Source: Selaginella moellendorffii | Lineage: Eukaryota; Plantae; Lycopodiophyta | Direction of reading: 5' to 3' | Assembly (NCBI RefSeq): GCF_000143415.4 | Contig: NW_003314304.1 | Location: forward strand, 316,169 to 380,168 | Length of the DNA: 64,000 nucleotides | In this document: positions 1 to 10,496 of the stretch, piece by piece | Layout: every line of letters begins with the position of its first letter | Numbering within the stretch: the stretch's first letter is position 1 | Notes under the pieces: model-generated | What the model was told of the DNA's origin: nothing | Database searches by the model: none | Seen by the model: only the letters and a program-made list of their open reading frames with translations | Program-made: the position numbers and the translations under genes

Positions 1-1
1 C

Positions 2-1145
2 ACCGATTCCATCGTCTACTCTGTCCGCCAGGAAGGCGAGACGCTCTTCTCGATCTCCAATGAAGTCTTCGGAGGGATGGTCACTCCCTTGCAAATCTTC
101 CAGGCCAACAGCAACGATCCAGGCGGGGATTTGAGCGAGAGGGGGCTGAATTCCAGCACGGAGGTTGCAATTGGGAAGAGATTGCTGATCCCCTTCCCCT
201 GCGCTTGCAACGCGGGGAATTTCAAGGGGATCCCTGCGATGTTCGTGTCTTACATGGTCCAGAGAGGGGAATCCACGTTTGAGATCGCGAGCTTGTTTGA
301 TTCCAGCGTTTCCAGCGTCGTGGAGCTCAATGGGATGCAAAAGGGATCATCCCTCGCGGCTGGAGACGTGCTCGAAGTTCCAATCCCAGGCAAGTTTTTT
401 GAGAATTCAATGATCTCTCATCTTCCAAAAAAAAATGGAAAATCCAGCCTGTGAGTCATCCTTTGATTCGAGAGCTGTGGACTATGGATTGATGGTTCCA
501 AACGGGACTTATACCATCACTGCCGATCGATGCGTCCAGTGTTCTTGCAACTATCCAAGGTAAACCCATGATGAGATCTTGGATCATGGAAAGATCATCT
601 ATGTTTTTCCAGGCTAGATTGCACTCCTGCTCCATCCAGCTCCGGATTTCCATGTCCAGCTCCTCGCTGCGCCGGGAGCAATCTCAAAATTGGTGAATTC
701 ACCACCAAAGCTTCGCTCCAAGGCTGTCAAGTTACGTCTTGCTCGTACAATGGTTTCCACGACTCGGTCATCTTCACTGGGTATATAAAGCGTTCCTCTT
801 TAAACATAGATCTATAAACCTTGTAACTCTTCCATTTGCTCTTTCTTTCTCAGCTTGGAAAACACGAATCAATCAACATGTCCTGGTAAGTTTCATGGTT
901 TCGAGATCGTTGATAATCGTTTTTTTTCTCTGGCAGTTTCATCACCACCTCCAACATACAGGCAGTACATGCCTGCCTCGACACCTGATTCATCGCCCAT
1001 CATAGAACCGCAGAACATTATTTCGAACCAAGTCACGCCGATCAATGCTGGAACAGCTCAACAATCCTCTTCTTCGTTTTCCTCGTTTCATCACATCGAG
1101 AAGCGTTTGCTAGTACTCACATCTCTCACACTACTACTACTCTAG
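2..1145 (+). CDS. LysM-domain GPI-anchored protein (LYM/CEBiP-like), 5' end outside the window
   Basis: LysM motifs (YSVRQEGETLFSISNEVFGG; YMVQRGESTFEIASLF) are separated by CxC (PFPCAC). A Cys-rich region follows (DYGLMVPNGTYTITADRCVQCSC), then a Ser/Pro linker and the hydrophobic tail LLVLTSLTLLLL. Exons <1-389, 448-559, 613-780, 854-885, 937-1145. Confidence 0.88.
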
Positions 1146-1462
1146 ATCCAGGTGTATATGCATACTCTCCTTTAAGAAAAGAAGCGTCTTTGTGTATATA
1201 TATATACTCAAAAGCTTCTTCTTTGGTAGAAAAGAAAGAAGAGCCTTTTTTTTTCTATAGTTTTGAATCTACTTTTGTATCTCACATTCGAGGACGTAGC
1301 TCTAGCAATAATGCAGGGTCATGGGACCTTGTGGCTGATTACAAATCCAACAAAAGGCGAGAACAACGCACTTGTTTGATCATAGTTTGCCGAGAAAGGC
1401 AAGCTTTTCCACGGTGTTCTTTTGCCAACTTTGCAGCTTTCAAGGCACGAAACAAGTTTTAG

Positions 1463-3133
1463 TCAAGACGCAAAGATTAGATCGGCCAATCCCACGAACG
1501 CTGCTGAGTTACTTGGATCGACCCCTTGCAAGAGCTGCGTGGCTGCTTGCCTTCCACAACTTGTATCAAAGTGGAGCCTCGACGCACCAAGGAGAGTTCC
1601 CAGCTCCGCGGCATTTGGAACGAACGAGAAACTCTCCACCATTTGCTGTGCTTGGTTGATCTTCCCTGCCCGGCCAAGTATGTCAATCACACAACAAAGC
1701 TGCTCTCTCGACGGCTCTATTCCAAAGTCATCTCGCATCGACACAAACAAGTTCCAGCCTTCCTGGAGGAGTCCGATGTGGCTACACGCCGAGAGAACTG
1801 TTCTAACACAGCCCTTCTCGGGCTCCACTCCTTCCAAAACCATGAGCTTGAAGAGCTTGATAGAATCTTGGATATGGCCAAACTGTGCAAAAGCAGCTAT
1901 TATAGAGCTCCAGGCAATCTGGTCTCTCTCCTCCGGCATTGTGTAGAACAAGCTTCCTACCTCGCGCAGATGCCCGTTTTGGGCATATGACGAGAGCATA
2001 GAGCTCCATGCAACCACGTCCTTTTGAGGCATGCCAAAAAAGACTAACTTAGCTTCCTCAAAGAGATCGTTTCTAAAGTATGCTAGCATTAGAGCATTCC
2101 ATGACAGAATGTTATGCTCTCTTGTTTTGACAAACACGTCCACTGCTTCTTCCAGATAGCCATGTCGGGCATAGAGATCCAGCATTGCGGTGGATGAGAC
2201 TACGTTGTGCTCGGGCATCATATCAAACAAAGTCTTTGCTCGATCAAGGCTGTGGTGTGATCCTGTCATCAGGCTCGTGTATGAAGTCACGTCTCTCACT
2301 GGCATTTCTTCAAACAATCTCTCTGCCTCGTCGATATGCCCATTTCGGGCATAGGCTTGAAGAGCTGCGTTCCAAGTCACGAGGTCTCTCTCCGCCATCT
2401 CTTCAAATATCTCTTTTGCTTCTAACACTTTTCCAGCTTGACCATAGGCCGAAACCATCGTATTCCAAGTCACCACAGTTCTCCCACTCATCCTGTCAAA
2501 CAAATCTCTAGCTTTTTCTACGTATCCATTGATTGTGTATGACGAGAGCATCGCATTCCACGAGAAAACGTTTGAATCTGGCAAAGCTCGAAAGATTCTT
2601 TCAGATTCGTCAATATGCCCAGATCGGGCATATGCAAGCATCATCGCGATTCCAGCTACAGAGTTTAGCTTCGGCATCCTTTTCAGAATATCGCTTCCTT
2701 CCATCAGAAATCCTTCCTGAGCATAAGCCGCAACCATTGCATTCCATGAAACTTCGGTGGGTTTTGATATTCTGTCAAAAACCCTCTTCGCTTTATAGAC
2801 ATGCCCAGCTTGGGCATATGCTGTGATCATGATGTTAAACGATGCAACGTTTGGATTTGGGATTTTTTCAAAAACACTCTCTGCTTGATCCAAATTCCCA
2901 TTCCTTGCGCAATCCATTAAGGTTTTGTTCCACGAAACCACGCTGGGTTTTGAGACCTTTCGAGAGCTCTCCATCGTTTTACCCAATTGCCCGCCTTGGC
3001 AAAGTGAGCTCTCCGATTCCTTCCCGGGAAATTCCAAAATGCTCCCATTCCACTGCGTGGGCGATCCATCCGGTGCAAGGAATTCGCTGGGCTTGCGATA
3101 AAGCCCACCAGACGAAAGAGCTCTCTCCACCAT
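1463..3133 (-). CDS. PLS-class PPR protein with an array of 31-aa short (SS-type) motifs and a C-terminal E domain, no DYW
   Basis: Intronless 556-aa ORF with tandem 31-aa repeats (e.g. NVASFNIMITAYAQAGHVYKAKRVFDRISKP). It ends with VLSACSHIGL, CVIDILGRAG and LGTLLGASRLH, then a stop. Confidence 0.92.
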   Translation of the reverse strand: MVERALSSGGLYRKPSEFLAPDGSPTQWNGSILEFPGKESESSLCQGGQLGKTMESSRKVSKPSVVSWNKTLMDCARNGNLDQAESVFEKIPNPNVASFNIMITAYAQAGHVYKAKRVFDRISKPTEVSWNAMVAAYAQEGFLMEGSDILKRMPKLNSVAGIAMMLAYARSGHIDESERIFRALPDSNVFSWNAMLSSYTINGYVEKARDLFDRMSGRTVVTWNTMVSAYGQAGKVLEAKEIFEEMAERDLVTWNAALQAYARNGHIDEAERLFEEMPVRDVTSYTSLMTGSHHSLDRAKTLFDMMPEHNVVSSTAMLDLYARHGYLEEAVDVFVKTREHNILSWNALMLAYFRNDLFEEAKLVFFGMPQKDVVAWSSMLSSYAQNGHLREVGSLFYTMPEERDQIAWSSIIAAFAQFGHIQDSIKLFKLMVLEGVEPEKGCVRTVLSACSHIGLLQEGWNLFVSMRDDFGIEPSREQLCCVIDILGRAGKINQAQQMVESFSFVPNAAELGTLLGASRLHFDTSCGRQAATQLLQGVDPSNSAAFVGLADLIFAS

Positions 3134-3188
3134 CGCGGTCGTGGATCATCTTATCTTCTCCGGATTTCCCCTAAAAACAGAGCATGCC

Positions 3189-3932
3189 ATGGCAACTCTG
3201 TTCCACTGCCGCATTCCCACTCCAAGATCGCGAATTCTCACGCGCAGGAGGCGCATTCTCTGTGAACTGGAAGAGCAACAGCAGCAGCAATCCCCAAAGA
3301 AGCAAGATCCAGGCACCAAAATCCAGCTCGATTCCTCCACAGACTGGATCGCTTCGTTGCTGACAAGAAGATTTGGACTGGGGGCAGGCCTGGGATACGT
3401 GGGCTTCCTCGCATTCGGTGTAATCTCCGAGCAGATCAAAACGAGAACGGAGGTTGCCCTCGAGGAGCAAGGCTCCAGGTCAGAAATCCTCGCTTAGATT
3501 CGTCCTTTCGCTTAGATCTTGCGAGATTCTTGCAGGGAAATCCAAGATGGAAAAGAGACCGTGCTTCCGAATGGAGTGAGATTCACAGACCTGGTAATCG
3601 GAGGAGGGGCTTCTCCCAGGCGCGGGGATTTGGTGGTCGTGGATCTTGTGGGGAGAGTGACAAGCACTGGAGAGAAATTCGTTGACACGATCGGGAACAA
3701 GAGGCCACTGGTGTTCGTGTATGGCGCGAAGCCATACTCTGGTGGGATGTGCGATGGATTGGAGTTTGCGCTGGCATCGATGAACGCCGGTGGCGAGAGG
3801 AGGGTGATCGTGCCTCCTGCGCTAGGGTTTGGCGAGCGAGGGGAAGATTTTGGAGCTCAAGGAAGAGTCGATCCAGACCAAGAGCTTGAATTCGTTGTCC
3901 AGCTTAGAAAGGTATCGATCTCGCCCACATAG
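3189..3932 (+). CDS. Chloroplast FKBP-type peptidyl-prolyl isomerase (FKBP17-2/17-3-like)
   Basis: Transit-like N-terminus, then STDWIASLLTRRFGLGAG...GVISEQIKTR and an FKBP domain (DLVIGGG...GGERRVIVPPALGFG). Intron 3479-3535 (GT-AG). Confidence 0.9.
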
Positions 3933-3958
3933 ATCCTCCCAGGAACTCTAGAGAATGG

Positions 3959-6658
3959 ATGTTTCCATTCAACCGGAAGGGCGTCTTGCTTTCTAGTGGA
4001 AGGCTCATTCGCAGCGTGAATTTGCAAGCGAGCAACACATCTCTGGAGCAATCAATTCTTGCCCTGATCGCCCAAGAGCAGCAGCAAGCTCCTGATCCAG
4101 CAGAGTGCGCGCGATTGATCATCGCCTGCAAGAACGCCAAAGCCCACGAGCAAGGAAAATCCATCCATGGCTTCCTCGCACGGCACGGCCTCCTCCATCA
4201 CAATCGTATCCTCGCGGAGCTCCTGCTCGAGATGTACATCCGCTGTGGCAACCTGGATGACGCCACCCAGATCTTCGATTCCATGCCGGAGAGAGATCTC
4301 AAGTCCTGGTCCAGGATGATCACCGCAAATGCCCAGAGTGGGAACTACACGCAGGCATTTGCGCTTTTCCAGAAACTCCACGTCCACGGTGTTCTTCCCA
4401 ACCAGATCGCGCTGGTTGCCACTCTCAACTCCTGCCTCGCCGACCACCAGGTGAGATCCGTTCACGAGTGCGCTCGAGAGATCCACTGCGAGCACGAGAA
4501 GATCGTCGCGACTGCGCTGCTCAACGCCTATGGCAAATGCGGCGACCTGGAGAGCGCTGGAGCGATCTTCCGCGGGATGGAGGAGCGAGACTTGATCTCC
4601 TGGACCGCGCTGATCACCGGATACGCCCAGTTTGGCCACTCCCGTCAAGCTCTCGACCTCTACCGGGAGATGCTCATGGACGGAGTCTCGCCGAGCAGGA
4701 TCACTTTCCTCTCGCTCTTGAGCGCTTGCACGAAGCTGGGAAGCTTGCGAGAGGCCAGCCTCGTCCACGATCACATCCGGCAGAGTGGCAACCAGCAGGG
4801 GCTCTCGATCCAGAACGGGGTCGTTTGTATGTATCACCGCTGTGGCAGTGTCGAGAATGCCAAGCTGGTGTTCGATGCGATGCCTCGGCGAGACGTTATC
4901 TCGTGGACGTCGATGATCGCGGCCTATGCCCAGAGTGGTAGCTGTGACGATGCGATCAGGCTGTACAGGAGAATGGAGCTGGAAGGGGAGAAGCCAAACA
5001 AGGTGACGTTCCTTGCGGCTATGGAAGCTTGTGCGAAGTCTTTGGCTCCGGAAGAAGAAGCCGAGGCTCTCCACAGGTGCGTGATCGAGAGCGGGCTGGA
5101 AACCGACGTTGTGGTGGCCACTGCACTCGTCAACATGTATGGAAAGTCTGCCAGAACGCTCGGAAGAGCTCAAGAGATCTTCGATGGAGTAGAGAAGCGG
5201 GACAACGTCGTGTGGAACGCACTGATCGCGGCCTACGCGCAGCACGGCTGCCGCGACCGTGCGCTGGATCTCCTGGAGCAAATGCAGCGCCAGAGTTTCT
5301 TTCCGGACAAGCCGGCCTTTGTGTCCGTCCTGAGCGCGCTCACTGGCTCGTCCTCGCTCGCGCTGGGACGATCCATCCACGCCGCCATCGCCGACAAAGG
5401 CTTCGAGTCGGACAGCATCGTCCGGAACGCGCTGATGAACATGTATGGCAAGTGTGGCTGCGCCGAGGACGCGCTCCGGCTGTTCGAGGCCTCGCCGAGG
5501 CTCCAAAACGTGATCTCCTGGAACACCGTGATCGCCGTGCACGCGCAGAACGGCGAGCACCAGCGATCCATGGTTCTCTTCCATCGAATGCAGCTCGCAG
5601 GAGTTCCAGCCGATCGAGCAACCTTGCTCACAGTTCTCTACGCATGCACGAATCCAGCAGCTCTTAGAACCGGGAGGATTGTCCGCGAGCTCGCCACCCA
5701 GCGCGGCTACCACCACGAAGTCAAGTTCCAGACCGCGCTCGTTCTCATGCACGCCAAGTGCGAAACTCTCGACGCCGCGGTGGAGGTGTTCGAGAGCATG
5801 CACCACCGAGACACCCCCTCCTGGAACGCCATGGTCGCAGCGTATGGCTACCACGGTAACTGCGACCTCGCGCGGAGAACCTTCGACGACACCCCTGACA
5901 AGAACCTCGCGTCCTGGAACTCGATCATCGCAGCGTGTTCTCTCAACGGCCGCTGGAAAGAAAGCTTCAAGCTCTTGCAGCAAATGCAAGTCGATGGCGC
6001 CGTCCCGGACACTGTCACGCTAGTCACAGTTCTCAGCGCCTGCGCTGCCGGAAGCGCCATCGCCAAAGGACGAGCCGTGCATAGATTCGCGGCCGAGAAC
6101 GGGCTCATGTCCGACGTTGCGGTGGCGAATGGCGTCGTGGACTTCTACGGGAAGTGTGGATGCCTGCTCGAAGCTCGCGCGGTGCTGGACAAGATGGCCA
6201 AGCTCGACGAGGTAACATGGAACTCGCTGCTTGCCGGATATGCCCAGCACGGATATGGCGTGGAAACGCTCGAGGCCTTCACCGAGATGCAGCACCGGGG
6301 CTACTCCGCCAACCGAATCACGTTCATGAGCGTCTTGCATGCATGCAGTCACGTCGGGCTCGTGGCCGAGGGCTGCAAGTATTTCAGCAGCATGATCGGC
6401 GACTATGGCTTCCAGCCGATTGAGGAGCACTGCGGCTGCATGATTGATCTGCTGGGACGAGCTGGGCACTTGAGTGAAGCCAAGATGCTGCTTGCGAGAA
6501 TGCCGTTTAAGCCCAACCTGATTGCCTGGATGTCCCTGCTTGGCTCTTGCAAGGTTCATGGGAATCTAGAGCTGGGAAGGGACGCAGCGCTCAAAGTTTT
6601 GGAGTTCGACCCCGAGAATGCTGCCGCTCATATGCTGCTGTCCGAAATCGTCACCTAG
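3959..6658 (+). CDS. PLS-class PPR protein with E domain, no DYW (organellar RNA-editing factor type)
   Basis: Intronless 899-aa ORF with P-L-S triplets (ALLNAYGKCG, DLISWTALITGYAQ, ITFLSLLSAC). It ends with AWMSLLGSCKVHG...DPENAAAHMLLS. Confidence 0.93.
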   Translation: MFPFNRKGVLLSSGRLIRSVNLQASNTSLEQSILALIAQEQQQAPDPAECARLIIACKNAKAHEQGKSIHGFLARHGLLHHNRILAELLLEMYIRCGNLDDATQIFDSMPERDLKSWSRMITANAQSGNYTQAFALFQKLHVHGVLPNQIALVATLNSCLADHQVRSVHECAREIHCEHEKIVATALLNAYGKCGDLESAGAIFRGMEERDLISWTALITGYAQFGHSRQALDLYREMLMDGVSPSRITFLSLLSACTKLGSLREASLVHDHIRQSGNQQGLSIQNGVVCMYHRCGSVENAKLVFDAMPRRDVISWTSMIAAYAQSGSCDDAIRLYRRMELEGEKPNKVTFLAAMEACAKSLAPEEEAEALHRCVIESGLETDVVVATALVNMYGKSARTLGRAQEIFDGVEKRDNVVWNALIAAYAQHGCRDRALDLLEQMQRQSFFPDKPAFVSVLSALTGSSSLALGRSIHAAIADKGFESDSIVRNALMNMYGKCGCAEDALRLFEASPRLQNVISWNTVIAVHAQNGEHQRSMVLFHRMQLAGVPADRATLLTVLYACTNPAALRTGRIVRELATQRGYHHEVKFQTALVLMHAKCETLDAAVEVFESMHHRDTPSWNAMVAAYGYHGNCDLARRTFDDTPDKNLASWNSIIAACSLNGRWKESFKLLQQMQVDGAVPDTVTLVTVLSACAAGSAIAKGRAVHRFAAENGLMSDVAVANGVVDFYGKCGCLLEARAVLDKMAKLDEVTWNSLLAGYAQHGYGVETLEAFTEMQHRGYSANRITFMSVLHACSHVGLVAEGCKYFSSMIGDYGFQPIEEHCGCMIDLLGRAGHLSEAKMLLARMPFKPNLIAWMSLLGSCKVHGNLELGRDAALKVLEFDPENAAAHMLLSEIVT

Positions 6659-6879
6659 ATAGCTCGGTTCCTTGGCTAAACAGCTCAAGTTTTTGAGATT
6701 CCTACAAATGCCATCTTGCACAAGAACAAGAATTCTATCATCAGCAAATGCCCAGAAGGAGGATTTTTCACAAGAACAGGTTTTTGAGATCCCACCGCAA
6801 ATGCCCAGAAGGAGAACAGTTTGGGAATCTTACAGAAAAAACCGGTAAAGTTTTTTAGAAAACTTCCACAATTGCACTT

Positions 6880-6951
6880 TGTGGCTGCTGGGATTCGAGC
6901 CCAGGTCTCCACGGCCACAACGTGGAATTCTCACCACTAAACTACAGCCAC
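6880..6951 (-). tRNA. tRNA-His (anticodon GTG)
   Basis: The reverse complement reads GTGGCTGTAGTTTAGTGGTGAGAATTCCACGTTGTGGCCGTGGAGACCTGGGCTCGAATCCCAGCAGCCACA. The acceptor stem pairs, A and B boxes are present and the anticodon loop contains GTG. The upstream flank is AT-rich, and T-runs lie downstream (A-runs at about 6836-6841 and 6859-6862 on +). Confidence 0.97.
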
Positions 6952-7109
6952 ATTCAATCACTAAGACATATATTTAACTTGATAATCCTAATTTATTTTT
7001 TAATAAAAAACTCACATTCAATCACTTATTACAGACATCTATTTAACTTCATAGTAATTTTATCAAAATGATGACATATTTAGGGTTCCAAGAAGAGAGG
7101 AAGAAGAGA

Positions 7110-8695
7110 ATGCTGGGGAAGAGATGGGTGATGCTGGTAGCTGGGCTGTGGATCCAATTCACCGCTGGTTCCCCCTACGTCTTCGGCCTCTACTCCGAAT
7201 CCCTCAAGCGCGCGCTCGGCTACACGCAAACCCAGCTCGACACCATCGCCTTCTTCAAGGGAATCGGCGCCAACGTTGGCATCCATGCCGGATTGCTCTA
7301 CCTGCTTGTCCCGCCCTGGGCGATCCTGGCAATTGGATCGCTCCTCAACCTCGCCGGCTATCTCTCCATCTGGCTCGCCGCCGCTGGAAGGCTCGAGCGC
7401 GTGGATTTCTGGCAAGTCTGCGTGTTCATGCTCCTCGCCGCCAATGCGCAAACCTTTCTCAACACCGCGGTGGTGGTCACCTCGGTGGCGAATTTCCCGA
7501 GCAGCCGAGGCACAGTGGTCGGCCTCATGAAGGTAAAGATCGTTTCTTCCAAGAACTTTTGGAAACTTGACGAGATCTTTGTTTCCTCCAGGGTGGCCTG
7601 GGATTGAGTGGCGCGGTTCTTACACTGATGTTTAGAACACTCCGTACAAGAGATCAAGTCTCGTACACTCTCTTCGCGGCTCTAGTCCCATCTCTGGCCT
7701 CTCTCTTGCTCATGTTTCTCATCCGGCCACTTCCAGTAGCAATCGATCGATTCGAAACGACCAACTTACACAAGATCTCCGGGATCATCGTGGCTATCGC
7801 GTTTCTCCTCGTCCCAATCTCGATAGCTTCTCCAAACCAAGCGCTAGCGATGGACTTCTCAGCTCTCCTCATTCTCCTCCTTCTCGCATCGCCCCTCCTC
7901 GTTGCATTGCGAGCCGAGCTCACGGCCGAGGAAGACCAATCCACCCAAGAGCAAGCCAGGCTCTTGGAACCCGAGGATCCGCCAAGATCATCCCGCAAGC
8001 CTGGCTTGCAACTCGGCCAGGAATTCACGCTCGCCCAGGCGCTATCATCGCTGGAGTTTTGGCTGCTCTTCGTCTCGGCGTTCTGTGGCATGGGAACCGG
8101 GCTCACCACCATCGACAACGTCAACCAGCTCGGCCTCTCGCTCGGCCACTCCAAGCGCGACATCTCGATCGTTGTCTCGCTCATGAGCGTCTGGAACTTC
8201 CTGGGCCGGTTTCTAGCTGGAGTGATCTCGGACAAGTTCCTCCACTCGCAGGGCTTCCCACGGCCGGCTTTCATCGCCATCGCTCTGGGAGCACAGTCTC
8301 TGGGCCATCTCGTCGTCGCCATGGCTCTTCCGGGAGCTCTCTACGTTGGAACTCTGGCGATTCTTCTCGGCTATGGCGCGCACTGGTCGCTCATGCCCGC
8401 CACCGTCTCGGAGATCTTCGGGCTGGGACGATTTGGAGCGCTCTTCAACACGCTCACGGTGGCCAGCCCGCTGGGATCTTACGTCTTCTCGGTCCAAGTT
8501 GCGGGTTCTTTCTACGATAAGGAGGCCCGAGAGCAAGGATCTTCCAGCTGCTATGGTTCTCACTGCTTCATGGCCACCTTTCTCATTCTCGCTGGAGTTT
8601 GCGTCTTTGGGTGCCTGACCACGCTGGTGATGGTCGCGACGACGAGAGAGTTTTATAAAACCCGAGGCTTCGAGAACTCGAGAGAAAGAATATAG
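7110..8695 (+). CDS. Nodulin-like major facilitator superfamily transporter (NFD4-like), copy 1
   Basis: RWVMLVAGLWIQ...YVFGLYSESLK, VTSVANFPSSRGTVVGLMK, SVWNFLGR and PATVSEIFGL motifs. Intron 7533-7591. Confidence 0.92.
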
Positions 8696-8884
8696 CTATA
8701 TAAAAAGCATCATCGATCGATCAAGAGTCAGTTTTTGGACGAAAACTTAGCTCGACAATCGCGCTGCCACATCTAAAAGCTATGAAAAAATAGCAAATCA
8801 ATCGTGACAGTTAATAACAGCAAACCGGAAAATAACTTACACAAGAGAGGGACTCGCCTCCTCCCTTCTCACTCCTCCATCGTC

Positions 8885-10496
8885 TCATCTGTTCGTCGTC
8901 GTTTGAGGATTACTCGCAGCTCCATTCGCTCGCCCTTCTTCGTCTCTACCGCCAACGCCGGCAGCCAGAGCCATAATATCCGGAGTGATCTCCCAGCTTC
9001 CACTCTTCCGTCCCCAGCTAGATCTTCTCGGGTGTAGTGCGCTGCTACCGGCCACTGCTGGAGCAGGAGCAGGAGGAGCTCGCGAGAATGTCCCGTTCTT
9101 GATATCCAGACCGATGTCACCACCATTGCTCACTCTTCCCGGATCATCGGACGAAACTTCGCCGCCGCTGTTGCTGGTTGGAAGAGCTACTCGCTCTGGC
9201 CATGCCGGCTTCACCCCTCCTTCCAAATCCGAGCCAGCAGACTTTAAAGACGTCGCCGTGGGAGTAACCGCCATTTGCTGTCTCACTCCTTGTCCCTGTC
9301 CTGAGCTTTCCTTCGTTACTTTACCCCGAAAGTGGTTCTTGGAGGGAGCAATCTTGGAAAAGAAGATCTCGCGGAAGTTGTCTACCACGCCTAGATTGTA
9401 AGGATTGACTTTATTGTCGTAGCGGTAGCGGAAGTTCTCGTAAGTCGTCTGCACGAGTCACAGCGCACAACCCGAGATCAAAGTACTGTACGAAGAAAAA
9501 CTTTTAAGATCTTTTTCTTCTCTCTTTCATACCTGGTTTGTACCGATGAGGTAAAGGTGGAAGAGCGTGAGGCCCCCCACAAACCACAGGGCGACGAACG
9601 TGTAAGCCATGAGAGCAATGGACGCGGGCGACTTTCTCATGGCTTTCCACGCCGAGCTCTGGTGGTCGTCCATGACAAACTTGATCTCCAGCGCACACAT
9701 CGCAAAAACATACACACACATCAGCGTGGCCGACGAGACGAACATGAAGAAGAATCTGTAGTTCCTCTGCGAAGAAAAAAGAAAAGAGGAACAAGTTAGC
9801 AAAGAACGAAAGAAGAGAAGAAGCTTACTTGTCCAATGCACTGGCCAACCCAGGGGCAGTGGTGATCAAAGCGCTCCACGCAATTGTTGCAGATGGAACA
9901 GTGAGAACACCGGGGAGGCCGATAGAGCATGCACGTATCACAATACTTTATTTTCACCGCAACCCCGTTAACTATGACATCTTTCGTCCTAGCGGGTCGA
10001 CGGGGCGTCCAATCCTCCGCGTCTTCCTCTGGCTCTGGAGGGTGAGCGTTCCTGGGGATAATCCCCGGATCCCTTCCAGAGGTCAGGAGAAGCAACACCA
10101 AAATCTACAGCGGAACCACCAAACGTAAGTTCATCCAAGAAGGCCAAAAGAAGCCATCCATAGGGAGAAGAAAAAAAAACAAAGAACTCACATAGGCTGT
10201 GTAGACGACCATCACGACCATGATTGCGATCCCACCATTGTTGCTAAATCTATCGAGCAGGTCCCTGGCGACGAAGACGCAAAAGATCACCGCGGGGCCG
10301 ATGAGGAGAAACAGCGTGACGAGCAGCGATCTCACATCTGGTCCAAAAATTAGGCGCCCGTGGAACAAGAATTTCTGGCAGCAAGCCAAGCCAAGAAAGA
10401 GGGCCCATCAGTACCTCAGATCGATCGAAGAGAAGGGAAAGAACGCGAAATTACTACATTGCTGCCTTGCCAGCTCTGATAAACGCGCTCCTCCAT
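8885..10496 (-). CDS. DHHC-type protein S-acyltransferase (PAT)
   Basis: [13 protein letters not shown]|[14 protein letters not shown]-terminus, [46 protein letters not shown], and TTYENFRY. Five coding exons with GT-AG introns. Confidence 0.95.

Noticed and set aside
4052-5989. 645-aa antisense ORF
   Set aside because: It lies opposite the PPR CDS and has no recognisable motifs. Such ORFs are expected from high-GC3 codon usage.
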